This document shows, in pieces, positions 60,583 to 64,000 of a stretch of 64,000 nucleotides of DNA. Source of the DNA: an uncultured Acidobacteriota bacterium (GTDB taxonomy: Bacteria > Acidobacteriota > Thermoanaerobaculia > Multivoradales > SZUA-115). The stretch covers positions 416,001-480,000 of the forward strand of contig CAWDVR010000001.1 of NCBI GenBank assembly GCA_963805975.1, in the 5' to 3' direction. The notes beneath the pieces were generated by a model that worked only from the letters and a program-made list of their open reading frames with translations, had not been told where the DNA came from and did not search any database. How positions within the stretch are numbered: position 1 is the stretch's first letter; each line of letters begins with the position of its first letter. The position numbers were made by a program, and so were the translations under genes.

Positions 60583-62889
60583 TCAGCCCGCCGCCGCTTC
60601 CACCCGGTTGCGGCCGGCGCTCTTGGCGCGATAGAGGGCCTGGTCCGCGGCGGCGATCAGCGCCTGAGGCATGGTGCCGTTGAGCTGGGGGGTCTCCCAC
60701 AGGCTGGCGAGCCCGGTCGAAAGGGTGGTGCGCATGCGCGCGCCGTCCTCCGCCTCGACCTCGACCTCGGCCACCGTCCGTCGCAGCTTGTCGGCCACCT
60801 GCCGGGCGCCCTCGAGGTCGGTCTCGGGCAGCACGAGCAGGAACTCCTCGCCCCCGTAGCGGCCGATCGAGTCCGAGGTCCTGATCTCGGTCCTGAGCGC
60901 CTGCGCCACGGCGCGCAACAGGCCGTCCCCCGCCAGGTGGCCGTGGCGATCGTTGACCTGCTTGAAGTGATCGAGGTCGAGCATGCCCACGGTCAGCGGG
61001 CGCTGGTGGCGCTGGGCGCGCTGCAGCTCGAGCCCCAGGCGCTCGAGGATCGCCTCGCGGCGCAGGAGCCCGGTGAGCCCGTCGTCGGTCACCGCTTCGA
61101 ACAGGCGCGCGTTCTCGAGCACCGTCGCCACGTGATGGGCGAGGAGCGCCAGCATCTCGACCTCGTCGCCGGGGAAGGAGCGGCCGTTGGCCTTCGGCCC
61201 CAGGACCAGCACTCCCACGAGCTGTTGCTGGTGGAGGAGCGGTGCCACCAGCGCGCCGTCGACCAGGCGCAGCAGGCGCGCGAACGAGCCGCCGCTGCCG
61301 GCCAGGCGCTCGATCGACACCGGCTGCCCGGCGGCCACCAGCCGCTCGACCCCCGGATCGGCCAGCGGCACGAAGAGCGGCGGCGAGGCGAGGCTCGTCT
61401 CGTCGCGCACGCTCGCCACGGTCACCAGGGGGCCGGCATCCTGGTGCGCGAGCAGGAGAGAGGCGGTGCGGGTGCCGAAGATGTCGCACAGGCTGTCGAC
61501 CAGGTGGCGGCCCATGGCCGGCAGCCGGGCCTTGGTGGGCAGCTCGCCGGCAAGGGCGATGAGGCGCTGGCGCAGCGCGTCGCGCTGCGGAAAGAAGCGG
61601 TGGTCGATCAGGTTCTGCAGTCGCGTCTTGAGCGGCGAGAACAGCAGGCCGCTGACCAGCGTGGCGCCGCCCACCACCCACACCGAGCTCATGCCGTCCA
61701 CGAGCTCGGAGAAGAGGGCACCACCGATTCCCACGCCGGTGTAGAACAGCAGCACCAGGAGCGAGGTCAGCGCGGTGTAGACCAGGCTCCGTCGCACCAC
61801 GAGCTGCAGGTTGAAGAGGTGCGAACGGAAGATGGCGACGAAGACCGCGATCGGCAGACAGATCAGCGCCACCGACTCGAGGTCGTTGAGCCAGTCGGGG
61901 TTGAAGATCCCCCGGCGCAGGCGCACGGCGTTGAACACCGTCAGGGCCGCCCAGGGAAACGTGCCGAGCAGGATCAGTGCGGCCTGCTGGCGGCCGACGA
62001 TTTGGGGCCAACCGTAGGTTGTGGCTCCCAGCAGCAGGACCACCGCCAGCGCCCATCCCGGCAGGAACCACAGGCCCAGGAACTGGCTGACGTCGCCCGC
62101 GGAGAAGGGGAGCGGGCTCGGGAGCCGGAGCTGGCTCGCCAGGTAGATGAACGAGGCCAGGGCCGCGAAGCCGAGCCCCAGCACGTAGTAGAGCGAGGCG
62201 AGCCAGGGGCGACGGACCAGGAACGGCCGCCGTTCCGGGATCATCGACACCAGGTGGAGCTCGGTCGCGCACTCGAGCCCGGTGAGGAAGTAGAAGGCGA
62301 CGTTGGCGGCGACCGCCAGCCACGGCACCCCGATCGAGCCCAGCGGCAGCGTCAGCTCGGCGGCAATGGCCAGCGCCAGGATACCCAGCAGCCGGGTGCG
62401 CAGATCGGAGAGCGGTTGCAACAGGGCCAGGGCCGCGAGGGCCAGGTAGCAGAGCACGGCGAAGACGTTGAGCAGCCGGCGCAGCCAGGAAGCGCCGGTC
62501 CCCGGGGTCACCGCCAGGGTCCGCTCCTCACCGCCTCGGCGCAGGGTGTAGGCCACCGGCCGGCCGCGCTCGAAGCCACGGGCCACGAGGTCGTAGTCCA
62601 CCTCGCTGACCACGGCCCTGCCGTCGAGCGCCACCAGGACGTCGCCGCGCTGGAGCCCGGCGCGGTGGGCCGGGCCGCCTTCCTGGATGCCGGTCACCAG
62701 CAGGTGCTTGCCCTCGACCTCGAGCCCGATGCCTACCCGCCGCCCGGCGGCGGTGTGGTAGGTGAGGAGCTGGAAGAGCAGCAGCCCGAGGATGAGGACG
62801 GCCGCTCCCGCGACAAGAGCCTTTCTTCCCGGCAGGTGACGAATCTCCTTTGAATCGATAAGGATACCCGAGATTCGTCGGCGCAACAC
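60583..62889 (-). CDS. Membrane diguanylate cyclase (PDZ + multi-TM + GAF + GGDEF)
   Basis: PDZ GPAHRAGLQRGD; TM bundle; GAF-like LVAPL...LENARL; DLDHFKQVND..GH.AGD, GRYGGEEF, ALYRAKSAGRN. Start uncertain. Confidence 0.92.
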   Translation of the reverse strand: MLRRRISGILIDSKEIRHLPGRKALVAGAAVLILGLLLFQLLTYHTAAGRRVGIGLEVEGKHLLVTGIQEGGPAHRAGLQRGDVLVALDGRAVVSEVDYDLVARGFERGRPVAYTLRRGGEERTLAVTPGTGASWLRRLLNVFAVLCYLALAALALLQPLSDLRTRLLGILALAIAAELTLPLGSIGVPWLAVAANVAFYFLTGLECATELHLVSMIPERRPFLVRRPWLASLYYVLGLGFAALASFIYLASQLRLPSPLPFSAGDVSQFLGLWFLPGWALAVVLLLGATTYGWPQIVGRQQAALILLGTFPWAALTVFNAVRLRRGIFNPDWLNDLESVALICLPIAVFVAIFRSHLFNLQLVVRRSLVYTALTSLLVLLFYTGVGIGGALFSELVDGMSSVWVVGGATLVSGLLFSPLKTRLQNLIDHRFFPQRDALRQRLIALAGELPTKARLPAMGRHLVDSLCDIFGTRTASLLLAHQDAGPLVTVASVRDETSLASPPLFVPLADPGVERLVAAGQPVSIERLAGSGGSFARLLRLVDGALVAPLLHQQQLVGVLVLGPKANGRSFPGDEVEMLALLAHHVATVLENARLFEAVTDDGLTGLLRREAILERLGLELQRAQRHQRPLTVGMLDLDHFKQVNDRHGHLAGDGLLRAVAQALRTEIRTSDSIGRYGGEEFLLVLPETDLEGARQVADKLRRTVAEVEVEAEDGARMRTTLSTGLASLWETPQLNGTMPQALIAAADQALYRAKSAGRNRVEAAAG

Positions 62890-62986
62890 CAGGTGCGAAA
62901 GTGGAGGAAGACGGCAGGGTGGAACGGCTGTTCGCGCATCGCGCGAAGGTCGGCTCCGCGGCGGCCAAGCTCGCCTACCATTGGGG

Positions 62987-64000
62987 TCAGCGCTCGACGA
63001 CGACCGCCGCGGTGCTCTCGAGCCAGCCCTTCTCGCCGCTCGGCAGGGCCACGCAGATCCAGCCGTCCTCGTGCCCGCGCACCTCCACCTCGCTGCCGGC
63101 GTGGAGCTTGAAGCGCACCAGCGCCTCGGGGTCGGCGGCGGCCCGCGCCTCGACCTCCTGCGGCACGACCACCGCCACCCGCTCCGGGGCGAGCGCCCTC
63201 GCGGCGAGAGATCCGGCAGCCCCCGCTGCGGCGAGCGCCAGGGCGAAGGCAGACCAGCGCAGCCACTCCCCGCGGCGCAGGACCAGCCGCAGGGCCAGGC
63301 AGGACCAGAAGAGCAGGTTCACGGCGAGCAGGAACCGCCAGAGCTCGGCGCGGCTCGCGCGGTAGTGCCAGGGAACGAGCGCCGCAGCGAGGGCCGGTGC
63401 CGCCGGCGGGGCCAGCGCGTCCTTGGCCGAGCGGCGGGCGTGCGCCAGGTTGGCGGCGAGGTCGCTCGAGCGCGGCTGCCGTGCCTCGGCCTCACGGTAG
63501 GCGGCGATGGCGCGGCCCAGCTCGCCGTTTCGCAGGTACGCGTTGCCCAGGTTGTAGAACAGGTGGCCGTGGTCGAAGCCGCGGGCGACGAGCGCCTCGT
63601 AGTCGGCGGCGGCCCGGCTGTAGTCGCCGGCGTCGTAGGCCGCGTTGGCGGCGGCGAACGCCACCGCGGGCTCGAGCGGCGCGGCGGCCGCGGCGGTGCC
63701 CGCCACCACGAGCGCCAGCAAGAGGGTGGTCACGCCGGCCCCGGAGACCAGTCCAGCTTGCCCCAGGCCGGCGCGGCGGCCGGAGCCTGCCTGCAGATCG
63801 CGGTCGAGCTGGCGGACCGTGTCCTCGAGCTCGGCCAGCAGTTGGGCCAGCTCCGCGCCCGCCTCACGGCCGCAGTAGCGCGCGCCTTCGAGCCGGCCGA
63901 GGAGGCCGTGGACTCGGGCCACCAGCTCCGGACGCACGCCGCGAGCGACGAGGTGGGCGCCGGCCTCGTCCGGAGTGAGGGCGGTGCCTTCGAGGCCCAG
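62987..64000 (-). CDS. BatD-like C-terminus fused in frame to BatE-like TPR + SH3 region (5' part outside window)
   Basis: Frame open to 64000; LEGARY helix, then hydrophobic segment, ANAAYDAGDY..YNLGNAY..G.LG.AI TPR, KLHAGSEVEV...W....G..GW SH3. Confidence 0.8.
   Translation of the reverse strand: MGLEGTALTPDEAGAHLVARGVRPELVARVHGLLGRLEGARYCGREAGAELAQLLAELEDTVRQLDRDLQAGSGRRAGLGQAGLVSGAGVTTLLLALVVAGTAAAAAPLEPAVAFAAANAAYDAGDYSRAAADYEALVARGFDHGHLFYNLGNAYLRNGELGRAIAAYREAEARQPRSSDLAANLAHARRSAKDALAPPAAPALAAALVPWHYRASRAELWRFLLAVNLLFWSCLALRLVLRRGEWLRWSAFALALAAAGAAGSLAARALAPERVAVVVPQEVEARAAADPEALVRFKLHAGSEVEVRGHEDGWICVALPSGEKGWLESTAAVVVER

Overview
High-GC bacterial chromosomal segment. The C-terminal 'F.DGFE.G' tags, an IPTL-CTERM tail and a paired 'CLN..RF...GYFWFF..DNVE' domain suggest Acidobacteriota/Thermoanaerobaculia (inference only). 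The backbone is housekeeping and envelope genes: bactofilin, sahR-like regulator + ahcY, squalene synthase-like, ampG, alpha-2-macroglobulin, pbpC, osmC, nudF, lepB, speA/rocF, a GGDEF protein and a BatD/BatE-like gene. It also holds many secreted proteases and surface proteins and at least four families of REP-like palindromes. The most striking region is ~23.4-30.6 kb, inside a ~16.5 kb stretch that separates alpha-2-macroglobulin from its usual neighbour pbpC. There a MidA/NDUFAF7-like SAM-methyltransferase-TPR gene precedes four co-oriented genes that share an N-terminal '(A)AHVQAA(V/L)xxAQAK' repeat leader ending near a VQR/LQR motif. Their C-termini are unrelated: unknown, GNAT, His/Cys 'GHG...WLAC', and DUF4157 + barnase-like RNase. 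This looks like an orphan polymorphic effector (eCIS-type cargo) cassette with its own modifying enzyme or chaperone. Several frameshifts cluster in 24.6-27.4 kb (decay or assembly error). A second oddity is a secreted protein (5995-7968) carrying an internal string of duplicated short peptide motifs. No rRNA, tRNA, CRISPR array or transposase was recognised. Family assignments come from motif recognition by eye, not from database searches.
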